This document shows positions 13,689-27,212 of a stretch of 64,000 nucleotides of DNA, in pieces. The DNA is from Octopus vulgaris (Eukaryota). Both the position numbers and the translations under genes were made by a program. Each line of letters begins with the position of its first letter. Position 1 is the stretch's first letter. Below the pieces are notes generated by a model. It worked only from the letters and a program-made list of their open reading frames with translations, had not been told where the DNA came from and did not search any database. The stretch lies in assembly GCA_951406725.2 (NCBI GenBank), contig OX597814.1, positions 174,406,001 through 174,470,000 of the forward strand, read 5' to 3'.

Positions 13689-13909
13689 CCCTTTTGTTAC
13701 TGTATTTATTTTGAGATGCTATGTGTTTCTTTCAATTACTTTTAAATATAACAAAGAATTTAGTAAAATAACTTAGTTATCATTCAGCTAGTGTTAGGAA
13801 CATAAATTGTGACTAAGGTTTGGTGGAAGATTTTAATTCAAAATTTATGAAAACAAGACATTTGTACTCAGAGCCAGAGCCGGTTTCAGCCGGGTTGGTA
13901 TCGAAAGGG
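13689..13909. mobile_element. piggyBac-type MITE
   Basis: TTAA|CCCTTTTGTTAC ... GTATCGAAAGGG|TTAA. Confidence 0.8.
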
Positions 13910-15137
13910 TTAATACTGCTTACAGTGGTTCGCTACACTATATTGTAATACTTACTTAGAAGTGGGTAGACTTGACTACTGAGAGTGCAGTGGTCTTAGA
14001 TCTGGATACACTTCAAGTGCTGATAGCAAGACATGAACTGCCAACCTCTTGTCTAGTTATCTATTAGTCTATGTACTCCAACTTAAGAGTTTACCACTTG
14101 TCAGTGCAGGAACACATTGTTCCAGATACTTATTGGTTTAAAAAGAGCTGATTTTCACATTGTAAAATTTAGACCCATGACAGAGTTAACCGTTAACACA
14201 GATCAAATGAAAAAAGGATGAAATTATTTGGAGAAATGGTGCAATCTAAACCATTGCAACATGAACAAATCATCATCATCATCATCATCATCGTTTAACG
14301 TCCGCTCTCCATGCTAGCATGGGTTGGACGGTTCAACTGGGGTCTGGGAAGCCAGAAGGCTGCACCAGGCCCAGACTGATCTGGCAATGTTTCTACAGCT
14401 GGATGCCCTTCCTAACACCAACCACTCCGTGAGTGTAGTGGGTGCTTTTTACGTGCCTGACGAGGCTGGCAAATGGCCACGATCGGGTGGTGCTTTTTAC
14501 ATCCCACCGGATGATGATGATAATGGATGCTGACATCATAGCCACTGCTGCCAACAACAACAACAATAGTGATGCATTGATCACATAAGCATGAAGTCAA
14601 ATTTTTCTCTTAGGGGAATGGAAATTAACTTCATATTCTAGTTTTGATTCAACTGAATATTTAAGTACTTTTTAATTAAAGATCAAAGTCAAAAGAATCT
14701 TGGTCTCTCTAACTAAAAAAAAATCGATTTTTAAAAATCAAGAATGCAATGGTGTAGCTATTCGCTGGAGCAGGGGTAAATTGAAGTCTTAGGAGAAACT
14801 TTTTACACCAATTTATCAAATTATTCCTATTGCCGAAATTTAAGTTTGATTTTAAATGCACATTCTAGGTAATATATGTGATTTTTTTTGTGCTCTTAAT
14901 TCAAAATAAAAAATAACTCATTTTCAACAATATTTACACTAATTTGTTGATGAAAGAACAAAGTTGTAACGAATACGTAACTACTCAGGTTCTACAATCC
15001 TTGCCTTATACCAAGAATAAAATATAATGTCCCCTTAAATTTACTATAGCGCATTTTATAAAATTAAATTTACTATAGTTCATTTTATAAGATTAGATTC
15101 ACTGTAGCTCATTACCAAATAAAGTGTAAATTTAACT

Positions 15138-15330
15138 GGAGTCAGTGTCAGAGTCAGTATAGTTTTAATGACTCTGACTCCAGCTACCCCTTAACTGTTT
15201 CTGACTCCAATTCCATGACTCCAACTCTGACTCCATGACTCTGATTCTGACTCCATAACTCCGACTCCGACTCCATGACTCCGATTCTGACTCCATGACT
15301 CTGACTCCATGACTGACTCTGACTCCACAG
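15138..15330. repeat. GACTCC/GACTCT 6-8 bp tandem motif with an inverted copy (likely subterminal repeats of a DNA-transposon relic)
   Basis: GGAGTCAG.. at 15138 faces a (GACTCC..)n array at 15170-15330. Confidence 0.65.
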
Positions 15331-17873
15331 TCCTGTTTTTGAAAACTGATGTGACCAACCTCACTCTTTCTGAGTAGGACTGGCCATGTCATTTCTCAAC
15401 ACAGAGTTTTGAGTAAAGCTCCTTTCTTCCTATAGCTCTAATATAACAGTAAACTAGAGTGAGGTTAGAAACTTATCAATATTTTACATGAAGTGATTGG
15501 CTGCTATTTAGACATAAGCAACTAGATCAATAACAGCAGGTCCAAGCATGATCTAAACTACGATTATATGCTTAGCTTATCATGGACTTACGTTGTCAAG
15601 ATTTCTGTTTTTCACAATATTTTTCTTTATCATGGTACAAATTTGACTGAGCGTCTACTCCTGAAATACTTAGAAACTCATATTCTTTCATCATGAGCAA
15701 TATACAACTGCAACCCACAAAACCTAGATATTAGAGCATCAGAAAATTTTTTATGGTAACATTTCACTTTCTCGCATCTTAGACTGCTTCAGACTTCAGT
15801 GTTAGGAAATATACCTGTCTTGTGCACAACTAAAACTCTACATAATCCAACGGTGTGTTTATCTAGACTACCACTGACACATAGAGAATAAATTATCAAT
15901 CACAATAAACACATAAGCTTTAAACAATATTGATCATATACCTAGAAGGCTATCTCCTTTGTAGATAAGCCTTTACTCTTTTATAATCTCATATCTGGAT
16001 GACTCATTTATAAGTAAATATGTTCGTGAGTGTTGTGTGAGCATTTCCTGAAATAACAGCATGTTCAATTCTCTTCAATGTTTAATAGAAATCATTTCAA
16101 TTTTACTTTATTGTAATCACTTTACCCATGATAATCTGAAAGGAAAAGTAATAAATTTCATGATATTGTGTGTATGTGTGTGCCAGAAGTTTTTCTCTTG
16201 TTCTATTGTGCTTGTTAATTAGTGGATTAATAGTAATTTCTTACTTTCAGACAACACAGTTGCAAACTTGTTGAAGAAGACAACATATACACATACTTAC
16301 AGAAATAAGTATACACATAAAACACACACACATGCACATAAACACAAAATCCCATTTGAGCACGTAAGTTGTTATACATGGTGGAAATGAACTTGTGGCT
16401 GAGTTTGATTGCTACTTAGAAACAGTGGTCAAAGGCATGGCTGAGAGTTTAAGAAGTTCATTTCACAATCACGAGGTCTTGAGTTCAATTCCACTGTCTT
16501 GCATCTTGAGCAAGCATCTTTATCACAGCTTAAGTATTATGAGTGACATTGGGTAGACTGAAAATGTATGTGTGCCCACCAGATGGATTGTACCGCTAAT
16601 TCAAAGATCTAGTCTTAGCACATTGTGCCAAGCTGATTTCAGTCTGGGAATTATATTATGGATAGACATGTCTGTGGAATACACAGCAGCCACTTTGGCA
16701 TTAATGTAAGGAGCCAGGCATTCAGCTGATTGAACAACTAAAAGTTCATTGTCAAAACTGACAGAAGACCCACCTGAACCAGATCGTACTTTTAAAGAGC
16801 AACAGTAACAGTAAAAAGAGCTTCAAGAACAACTGGAGAATTGGAGTCAGACATATATGCATTTAGCCATATGGTGGAGGTGTATGGCTCAGTGGTGAGG
16901 GTGTTGCAATCCCGATCATAAGGTTGTGGTTTCAGTTCCTGGACTAAGTGATGCATAGTGTTCTTGAGCAAAACACTCCATTTCATGTTGCTTTAGTCTA
17001 CTTGGATGGCAAAAACGAGTAATCTTGCAGTGGACCAGTGTCCTGTCAAGTGACTGTGTATGGTGGGGTGGATATATATGCTACAGATACTTGGAAATCA
17101 TCCTCATGGATCTATGACTCAGGAAGGGCCTTTCATCTTTTGAACTTGAATACAAATACACTCACTGTTACATGTATGTATTTTAAAGATATATACTAGC
17201 TCTCTCTCTCTCTCTTTCTGTACATGCTTGTGAGGGGTGTGTTACTGTTTCCTTGTCTTCATATTGCATATTGCAATGGTTGCAAGCAAATGTTACCAAC
17301 ATGCAAGCAGTGTCCTTCATTTCCACTCTTCTGTGGTATGTCTGGTCATCATGAGAAAATAAAACCTTACTTGCAACAGGTTAGGGCTGGTGACAGGAAG
17401 GGCATCAGGCTGCAGAAATGTGCCTCAACAAATTCCATTTGATTCATGTCAGCATGGAAAGGTGAAAGTAAAATGATTGATGATGATGGTGGTGGTGGTG
17501 AGGAGGAGGAGGAGGGTGGAAGAGGAGGAGGTGGTGGTGGAGGAGGAGGAGGAGAATTTAAGTCTTAAGAGATTATGACAAAGAATGATTATGACAAAGA
17601 CGCTAAATGATGATGATGATGATGAATAAACTGAAAGATGTAACATTGTGAACATTCAACAATGTAGTCATGGCAATGTAAAAAGGAAAACGCTTCCTAG
17701 AATTTCTAAGACTACACTGTTAAATGTTTTTCCTTCTTTCTCAAGACCTAGCACACACACATTTATATATCTATATATATCTGTATGTATATTTATATCT
17801 ATCTATCTATCTATATATATATATAATACAAAATGGAACAAGAACACTAAACATCCGGCCAGTTAGGTGATAC

Positions 17874-17920
<47 letters not shown>

Positions 17921-17940
17921 CTATATCTCTTTCTTTCTCA

Positions 17941-17989
<49 letters not shown>

Positions 17990-18437
17990 TGTATGAGTTA
18001 GTTTATAAAAACATAAATGGGTGTGCAGGTATTACACCTATTTATATTTTTGCTCATTTCTTTCTATATGCTTGTATGTATTAACATTCTTGTCTATACA
18101 GTTGCCAGATTTTTCCACTCCTTAATCTGTATCACTCATACATTTGTGTGTATATATCCAATACAATTGAATAAATAGACATACTTGAATGTTTACTGGC
18201 TAATGTCTGTCGATTTTATATCTTCTCCGTTTTCTTATTTGCTGTATAAACCATGGGTAGATCACTTTTACTCCCGCACATATGTAATACTCAAAGGCAA
18301 GTAATACTCATATGTAATACTCAATTGCCATGCAATGACTAGCACTTGACTATGAATAAGTGGGTACACCGCCAGCAGTATATTGGATAGATACTATCCC
18401 TTAGTTGGTTTCTCAAACTCTAACTCACAAAGAAATA

Positions 18438-18476
<39 letters not shown>

Positions 18477-18716
18477 TCGTCATCATCATCATCACCATCA
18501 TTTAACATCCGCTCCGACATCCAAAACTCAGAGTTTTATCATGGCTACTGAATAATTGTCACATATATTTACAAATATATTTATAGATATATATATATTT
18601 ATACATATATATTTATACTTATATATATATATATAGTTATATAGTTATATGTGTATGTACATATACGTATGTATATATGCATATATATATATATGTGTTA
18701 TTTATATTACTATGTA

Positions 18717-19890
18717 ACTGAACGCCACACATCTTCATCCATTCTCGCCACATGGTCATACCAGCGCAAACGTCTCTCTTGCACACCGCAACTGATGCTT
18801 CTTAGGTCCAACTTCTCTCTCAAGGTACTTACACTCTGTCGAGTATGAACACTGACATTACACATCCATCGGTAAGAGCTCTCTGAACTTTGCCCGAGCT
18901 ATTCTTACTCTAGCAGTTACACTTTCAACACACCCGCCCCCGCTACTGACTTGGTCACCTAGGTAACGGAAGCTATCAACTATTTCTAGTTTTTCTCCCT
19001 GGAATGTGGCGGAAGTTGCTCTCTGCGCATTTTAAGTGTTTATTGCTCCTGAGCATCTGCCACATACAAAAACTATCTTCCTAGTTAGCCTTCCCTTGAC
19101 GTTGCTGCACCTCTTGTGTGTCCATAACTTACACTTGGTGCATCTTATAGAGTTTCTACCTACACCTTTCCTACAGATCGAGCAAGGCCATCTACCTGAA
19201 GGCGTTTGTGACTTGTCTACCTTCCTACTTATTAAGACTTTGGTTTTAGCTAGGTTGGCCCTTCGATTCTAATCCTTGCTTCCACACCTGAAACTTCTCC
19301 TCCAGCTCTGATAGTGACTCAGCAATTAGAGCAAGGTCATCAGCATAGAGGAGCTCCCAGGGGCATCCTGTCTTGAATTCCTCCGTTATTGCCTGGAGGA
19401 CTACGATAAATAGGAGGGGGCTGAGGGCTGAACCTTGGTGGACCCCTACCTCTACCCGGAATTCTTCACTGTACTTGTAGCCAACCCTCACCTTACTAGC
19501 AGCGTCCCTGTACATGGCTTGCACAGCTCTCACTAACCATTCATCTATCCCTAGTTTCCTCATTGACCACCAGATAAGGGATTGGGGGACCCTGTCAAAG
19601 GCTTTCTCCATGTCAACGAAAGCCAGGTACAGGGGCTTATCTTTGGCTAGGTATTTCTCCTGCAGCTGTCTTACCAGGAATATAGCATCAGTGGTGCTTT
19701 TCCCTGGCACGAATCCAAACTGCATCTCATCTAAACTAACTCTCTCTCTAATTAGTTGGGCTATGACCCTCTCCGTAACCTTCATTACCTGATCCAACTG
19801 CTTGATACCTCTGTAATTATTTGTATCTAGGGCGTCACCTTTACCTTTGTAGCAGTTGACTATTATGCTGCTACACCAGTCATTGGGTAT
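18717..19890 (-). mobile_element. RTE LINE internal fragment with RT domain
   Basis: NYRGIK, QFGF.PGKSTTDAIF, FVDMEKAFDRV, GVHQGSALSPLLF, LLYADDL; frameshift at ~19255; internal deletion at ~18870. Confidence 0.93.
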
Positions 19891-20030
19891 GGGTATGCAG
19901 GTACTGCACCCATTTATATTTTTGTTCATTTCTTTCTATATGCTTGTATGTATTAACATCCTTGTCTATGCAGTTACCAGCTTTTTCCACTCTTTAATCT
20001 GTATCACTCATATTGATATATATATATAAT

Positions 20031-20448
20031 ATAATTTACAAGATAAGGGCAGAAGAAAAAATTCTAATGCCAGATACGCCGAAACAAAAAATTGTCGATA
20101 ACCATTAAATTTATGCGTCTCGAAATATTTATTCATTCCGTGGGTATGAATAAGTATTTCATTTATATCTCGCGTATGTGTCGCTGAAGAGGGGAAAATT
20201 TCTTGTGAATTAACCCCGAAATTGGACCAATACAGTAATAACGAATTTTTTAGAGATTTCTATCGGTTTGTTTCGAGACGCATAAATTTAATGGTTATCG
20301 ACAATTTTTTGTTTTGGCGTATCTGGCATTAGAATTTTTTCTTCTGCCCTTATCTTGTAAATTATGTATAAATTTTACCTTTAAAGGCATTTTTTGATAT
20401 GCTGGCCATTGATAAAATTTTTTACCGAAAAAAATTTTATCCTATATC

Positions 20449-20450
<2 letters not shown>
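20031..20450 (+). mobile_element. Penelope-like solo pLTR: 95-bp inverted repeat enclosing a hammerhead motif
   Basis: 20031-20125 is the reverse complement of 20271-20365 (1 mismatch); hammerhead core at 20184-20232. Confidence 0.65.
20178..20238 (+). ncRNA. Type I hammerhead ribozyme motif
   Basis: CTGAAGA-GGGG..CCCC-GAAA-TTGGACCAA-TA; stems II and III are good, stem I is weak. Confidence 0.65.
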
Positions 20451-20508
<58 letters not shown>

Positions 20509-20517
20509 TATTTTTTA

Positions 20518-20787
20518 TTTTCAAGCCTAGCCAGGCTCATGGGCCCAGTTTCCCGGTTTCTATGGCGTATGTTTTTCCCCCAGCATTGCTCAAGAAACAG
20601 GAAGAAAGAGTGAGAGAAAGTTGGGGCGAAAGAGTACAACAGGGGTCGCCACCACCCCCTGCCAGAGCCTCGTGGAGCTTTAGGTGTTTTCGCTCAATAA
20701 ACTCACACACTGCCCGGTCTGGAAATCGAAACTAAGATCCTCCGACCACGATCCACTGCCCTAAACACTGGGCCATTGCACCTCCAT
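20518..20787 (-). mobile_element. tRNA-derived SINE, family C
   Basis: Homologous to 12862-13172. Confidence 0.85.
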
Positions 20788-21394
20788 TTAACAAAGATAT
20801 AACAAAGTATAACATCAACCAGAATCAAAAATGATTTCACACTAACAAAAATACCTTGCTGACTGATATTACTCACTGTATCAGTCTACTGTTTATTAGT
20901 AGTGAACCAACCCACTTCCCACCTGGGCTTAAAAGCATTTATTGAATGGGCTTTATATCCACCTTTGTGTGTGTATTGTGTTGAATGCCCTTTGGAATTT
21001 AACCAGTTGTGAGTTGATGGGTGTGTATGCTGTGATGAATGTATTCTTGAAGACATTCATCACAGCATTTGATGTTTTGGGTTTGATGTTTTCCTTCGTG
21101 TGTGTCTCCGCCTGTTTATGTGTATGTAATGTTTCCATTTACGTGTCCCTAGCTGTGTGTGTGTGTGTGTGTGTTTTCGTGATGTTTTCTTTTGTGTGTA
21201 TGAGTGTGTGCAGAGGTGTATGTGTATGTATTTTGTGATGTTTTCTTTTGTTTGTATGTGTAACTCTTATGTGAGTGTTCGTATTTGTGTGCAGACGTGT
21301 GTGTGTATGGTTTTTGCGATGTTTTTCTTTTGTGTGTTTGTGTGCGCGTGTGTGTTTTTTTTGCAATATGTATGTATGTGTTCAGAGGTGTGTT

Positions 21395-21432
<38 letters not shown>

Positions 21433-22527
21433 TTTGTGTGTGTATGATGTTTTCGGATCTATTCTGTTTGGCTGCCAGCATAAATTCTGTTCGAATTTAT
21501 TTCATATTCAGTTCAATGATATACTTTTATAGGCTAATTAATGATGTGGAAGTAATTTCGCTATATATCAATAAATAAAGAGTTATTTGCAATTAAAGTT
21601 TGAAAATTTTGGTAATTTAAGCCAATCGTAAGTTACAGACACATTCATGTCTGTTTCGATAGTAACAAGCGGAACATGAGAACTCTTTTGCTTGTTGCCA
21701 TAATAACAGTCTTTGATAAGTCTACGAGGAAGCATGTTTTGACAGCAATCTTTGAAAAATCTTTTTATCTGTGAGGAAGCACGTGTTGATTATTAATTGA
21801 ATGCATTTCTAACTTTCGTTTTTAATTTTCAAAAATATTTTGTAATGTGTTGCTTACTGCATGTTTAAATGTTTGTTTTGTAAGCATATTTTGTTCACTA
21901 TTAATTTCATATATAATATATAAACATGTACATACTTTGGAACATTGTTATTTTATAAAACTTTGCTGACAAATTTTTAAATCAACGTAAACATTTATTT
22001 ACCTGAAAGAAAATGACCAGTGAACTTCCATCTAATTCTTCCAAATCTTTCTGTTAAAAATTGTAATGTGTTTATCGCATGTAACGTGTTGTTTATCACA
22101 TTTGCATTAAATGTATATTGAATGCTAAAATGTTTCTTTCTTTTTGTCATTGAACATTGAGGTGGTTGTGAGCTGAGCTAAAAATAATAGCCAAATAAGA
22201 TTTATTTACATTCAAGAAAATTACCAGAGAATAACACGTGTTGTTTACAAATATTGACAACACGTGCTATTTTCAATATGTTGACAAAATGTGCAGTCAC
22301 GCATAAAATGACAGCTTCCAAATCCTCTTCCATGACTGTGTGAAAATGATCAAACTTTAAACCTCGATAACTTTTTAAAAACATTTTTCTGGAAAAAATG
22401 AAGTAACTCCAGCAATTCAGTTTGGGCAAGTGTATTATTGTACCAAATTTTTTTAAAAATCGGTAAATTTTTGAAATGCTGGCAGCCATCCTGGTAATCG
22501 TCAGGATGTTGTTTGCCAGCAAAAAGA

Positions 22528-22948
22528 GGATCTTTTCGGTTTGAACGGCAGTTTTTAACAATTTCTAGGTAACTAAAAAATTTTAAACTTCGTATACTGA
22601 TAGAATGTGTTTATAAAACATCTTTTTCTCTTGGCTTTATTGAGAAAATTCTATAGTTTGTAAGATATTAGTTGTTTTTGTTTTCTTCAATTTCTGCAAT
22701 TTCAACCAATCACTGACGTCTATTGAGGTAAAAAAAAAACATTCTGTGCCGTATGAATATGTCCCTCGTTTAAGAAACAGATTGGGTTTATTTACATTTG
22801 TGAAGAAAAAAAGATACCCTTCCCCCCACCCCCACCCCTAACCCTAAAATAAAGTGAAATGCAATAGATCGATACTAGGGTCATACTTATGGGTGGCAAT
22901 TTCATATGACACCGCTAGAAAAAACTGCCGTTCAAACCGAAAAGATCC
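22528..22948. mobile_element. Merlin-type MITE (GGATCTTTTCGGTTTGAACGGCAG TIR)
   Basis: Perfect terminal inverted repeat; flanks CAAAAAGA/CCAAAAGA (8-bp TSD, 1 mismatch); internal CCCTAA repeats. Confidence 0.85.
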
Positions 22949-23680
22949 CCAAAAGATGTTATTTATCCCTGTCAACTCTCACGTATAAACGCTTACAACT
23001 ATACACTGCTAAAATGTAGAATTGTTTCGCTTGCTGTGTGGATAAAGTATTTGTGAACTCTGAGTTGATGGGACAATCAATATATTATCCACTGGAGCAT
23101 ATTGTTGTTATATACCGTATCTGCCAGCGTATAAAACACACTTTTATAATTTTTGAATTGCCCGCATCTAATGCGTTGACCGGTAATTAATTCACAGGAA
23201 AAAAGTCACAATAATAAAATCACAATTTTGGCTACGAAAAAATGTCACAATTAATTTATGGTGGCCGGTAATAAAGTTACAGATTTATGAGATCCGGGCA
23301 ACCACCACCCCTAGGACAAAACCCCGTCGGACACCCCACCCCCGGACAAAACCCCTGTGACATTTTTCCTGTGACTTTTCTACCTGGATTCTCTAATGCA
23401 GCCATAACACGGATGGCAAGCTAAGTATAGGTGAACTTGATAGTCCAACAGGCACAAGAATCGTTAATAATAATGAGATATTGAAAACAAGTCAAAACAT
23501 GATAGTCTGTTAGTACAAAACATTTGTTAATCATGCACGTACCTTCATAAATTGTTCAAAAGGAAATTCTTTTTTTAAAATTCCTGTTGCTTTGTCAATA
23601 TGTAAAAAGACACAGAAATACACACACGCAATAAAAACTATATATATATATATATATATATATGGTGATTGTCTACTCCT

Positions 23681-23698
23681 TATGCAGAGTCTGACCAC

Positions 23699-23752
<54 letters not shown>

Positions 23753-23770
23753 GTGGTCAGACTCTGCATA
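23681..23770. repeat. Perfect 90-bp palindrome centred on (AT)24
   Basis: TATGCAGAGTCTGACCACCTC-(AT)n-GAGGTGGTCAGACTCTGCATA. Confidence 0.95.
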
Positions 23771-23792
23771 TATTATATATTATATATATATA

Positions 23793-24161
23793 CAAGCAGT
23801 ATCGCCCGGCGTTGCTCGGGTTTGTTTCGACCCTTTAGAATTGGAAATTTTGAAAAGTAAAAACTTTGCATTATGTAGCAATTATTCTCTTTAAGTGAAC
23901 ATTTTTATGGTTGAAATACACCGAAAAATGACGACACAGCAGTCAAAAAATTGTAAAAAAAAAATAGGGATTTTCATAGAAAAAAAAGCACCTTTTTGAT
24001 GTAAATAAGTTTTGGCCTTAACATGGTCCGATTTGAATTTATCTTCTACGGAATGAAGAGCAAGCCTTCTTCTATCATACACTCAATTTTGGTCAACTTG
24101 CGCCGCAGAGCCTCGGAGGAGATGGTGTTTGTTGAAGCTTCCAACCTGCCATACACAGACA
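23793..24161 (-). mobile_element. Non-autonomous Helitron, 5' end lost
   Basis: 3' hairpin CCCGAGCAACGCCGGG followed by CTTG (a CTAG variant) on the minus strand; same end as 60219. Confidence 0.7.
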
Positions 24162-24285
24162 ACTTGTTGCAGCGGTCCTTCAGTTTTTCTAAGCCCTGCA
24201 AAATAACTCGGAAGGTTCGGCCTACCTACCTACCTACCTACCTACATACATACATACATACATACATACATACATACACACACAC

Positions 24286-24336
<51 letters not shown>

Positions 24337-24532
24337 AGGTAGGTAGGTAGGTAGGTAGGTAGGTAGGTAGGCCGAACCTTCCGAGTTATTTTGCAGGGCT
24401 TAGAAAAACTGAAGGACCGCTGCAACAAGTGTTTGAATCTGAAAGGGGAATGTTTTGAATAAAATCATAATTAACTGATCCTCTTGTATAATATTCTTTT
24501 ACTCAAGGCCAGGATCTTTTCAACACCATCGC
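24162..24532. mobile_element. Mariner-derived MITE right half with a fold-back duplication
   Basis: 24162-24221 is the exact reverse complement of 24371-24430; the right part matches the MITE at 52957-53173. Confidence 0.8.
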
Positions 24533-24674
24533 GTGTGTGTGTGTATATGCGTGTGTGTGTGTATGTGTGTGCGTGTGTGTGTACATATAGATCTTTTAGT
24601 GTGTTCCGTTGTGTTGACAGACTTGCACTTAAAATTTCCTCGTTTTAAATGAAAACTTCTTAGTTACTATGGTG

Positions 24675-24717
<43 letters not shown>

Positions 24718-25389
24718 ATACACACACATTTTCTCTCTCTCTCTCCCTCTCTCTCTGTATTTCACTGTATTTCGCTCTCAACAACAACTTTTCTCCTGTC
24801 CTTTTTATAAAAATATGTTGTGACGTATATTTCTATTCCTCTCCTTTTTTCCCTCCCTTTAATAGATGTTTAACGGATAGACAGGCATGGATCCGCTTCT
24901 CTTTTATAATATAAGATGAGGTGAGGTCAGCATACATAACCGTCATCTTACATTATTTAATGACAGTATTACTTTTAAGAAACATAAAAAAAAATTTCTA
25001 CATGAAAATTTTCCTAGAAAGTTGGCTAAAGCCCTTGATAAACAAAAGTTTGTGTAGAATCTTGTTGGAGGGACTGTTATTAGAGGATAAACTTATTCTG
25101 TCGCCCAGATTTAATACTCCACGATGCCTGTTGGGTGCTTTTAGCAGATATCACTACGTTCTCTGATTTGTCTGTTGATCCGTAGCAATTTGTAGTTATT
25201 TTGTGACTAATATAAATTAACTGAAATTGAATTGAAAATTATAAATCAAGACTAGTTAGTGATTCGTAATAACCATCTTAACATTGCGGATCCAGGGATT
25301 AACACGTAGAGCACGTAAAATATGTATTCGAAAAAATTAAGGATGATGGCTTTACTTTTTTTCTGTCTTTCCTCTTTTCTTCTTTTTTT

Positions 25390-25958
25390 TTCTACTCAAG
25401 GCACAAGGCCCGAAATTTTGGGGGATGGAACCAATCGACCAGATCAACCCCAGTACGTAACTGGTACTGAATTTATCGACCCCGAAAAGGATGAAAGGCA
25501 AAGTCGATCTCAGCAGAATTTAAACTCAGAACGTAAAAACAGACGAAATACCTATTTCTTTACTACGCACAAAGGGCTAAACACAGATAGGAGAAACAAG
25601 GACAGACAAACGGATTAAGTCGGTTATATCGACCCCAGTCCGTAATTGGTACTTATTTAATCGACCCCGAAAGGATGAAAGGCAAAGTCGACTTCGGCGG
25701 AATTTGAACTCAGAACGTAGCGGCAGACGAAGTACCTATTTCTTTACTATCCACAAGGGGCTAAACACAGAGAGGACAGACAAACGGATTAAGTCGATTA
25801 TATCGACCCCAGTGCGTAACTGGTACTTATTTAATCGACCCCGAAAGGATGAAAGGCAAAGTCGACCTCGGCGGAATTTGAACTCAGAACGTAACGGTAG
25901 ACGAAATACGGCTACGCATTTCGCCCGGCGTGCCAACGTTTCTGTCAGCTCGCCGCCT
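25390..25958 (-). mobile_element. SINE family B, three tandem units
   Basis: ~180-bp repeats of TCGACCCCGAAAGGATGAAAGGCAAAGTCGA; head at the right end. Confidence 0.88.
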
Positions 25959-27210
25959 TATTACGGCTTTACTTTGAGTGAAGAAAAACGTGAAATTTTC
26001 TTACCGAAAATAAGATATTTAGGACAAATCATTGACAGAAATGGACGTCGACCAGATCCATCGAGGGCAGACGCAATTAAAAATATGCCCCCTCCAACTA
26101 ATGTAAGCGACCTTACAAACATTTTTATGACTGGCAAATTGTTATCAAAATGATATTCCAAATATGCATAAGGGGAGGGTTCCACTGAATAACCTGCTGA
26201 AAAGAGATATGAAATGGAATTGGTTGGAAAATTATCAAAAGGCATTTCACGAAACAAAAAAATTAATTAATATCTGATTTGTCGTTAGCACATTTCGATT
26301 CTGAAGTGGAGATTGTTGTAGCTTCAGACGCTTCTGAGTATGGTATAGGAGCAGTAATGCTACATAAATATAAAGATGGTAACATGAAGGCAGTGGTTCA
26401 TGCCTCACGTTCTCTGATAGCAGCAGAGAAAACTATAGTCAAATCGAAAAAGAAGCTCTGTCAATTATTTTTTCCGTGAAAAAATTTCACACATTTTTAC
26501 ACGGTAGACGTTTTCGTCTGCAGACTGATCGCCGTCCATTATTATCAATATTTGGGTCAAGAAAAGGAATTCCTATCCACACTGCTAATAGGTTACAACG
26601 CTAGGGTACGATATTATTAAACAATGATTTCAAGATGGAGTATATACCATTCAAGAAAGTAAGTCATGCGGATTTTCTATCAAGCCTGATTTCGAAAACT
26701 GTGGAATCATTTGAAGATACCGTGATTACCGCTTTGCGAGCGGAAAATGAAATTTAAAATGTTTTGTGTAACGTCATTCGCGAATGACTAGTTACTTTAC
26801 AAGTCATAAAATTGAAATCGAAAAAATATAAATTTATTATAAAAATGATAGAAATACTGAAGGATAAAAGCGATAAAAATATACGTAACACAAATGCGAA
26901 CCATTTCTCACTGTGTGACAATGTGTTGATGTATGCACAAAGGATGAAAGGATGAAAGGCAAAGTTCCAGCTACACTACAAAATCGATTATCAAAGGAAT
27001 TTCATATGTGTCACCCAGAGATGTTGAGAATGAGATCATTAATGAGAAGTTACGTATATTGGCCAACAATAGACTGTGACATTGCAGAATCGGCGAATTC
27101 ATGTAGAGGGTGTGCCTTAGCTGCAAAATCACCAACCATTAAATGGCAACTGTAATCAAAAACATATGTTCTATGGGCCAGACGGCCTATTGATTACGCA
27201 GGTCCACTCG
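25959..27210 (+). pseudogene. Gypsy LTR-retrotransposon pol remnant (RT end, RNase H, integrase HHCC)
   Basis: YLGQII..PDPSR.DAIKNMPPP; ASDASEYGIGAV; H..HP....MRSLMRSYVYWP..C..C; multiple stops and frameshifts. Confidence 0.9.
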
Positions 27211-27212
27211 AG

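Noticed and set aside
20815-22495. Possible large DNA-transposon relic
   Set aside because: Termini match only weakly (ACCAGAAT/ATCCTGGT) and no TSD or coding remnant could be established.
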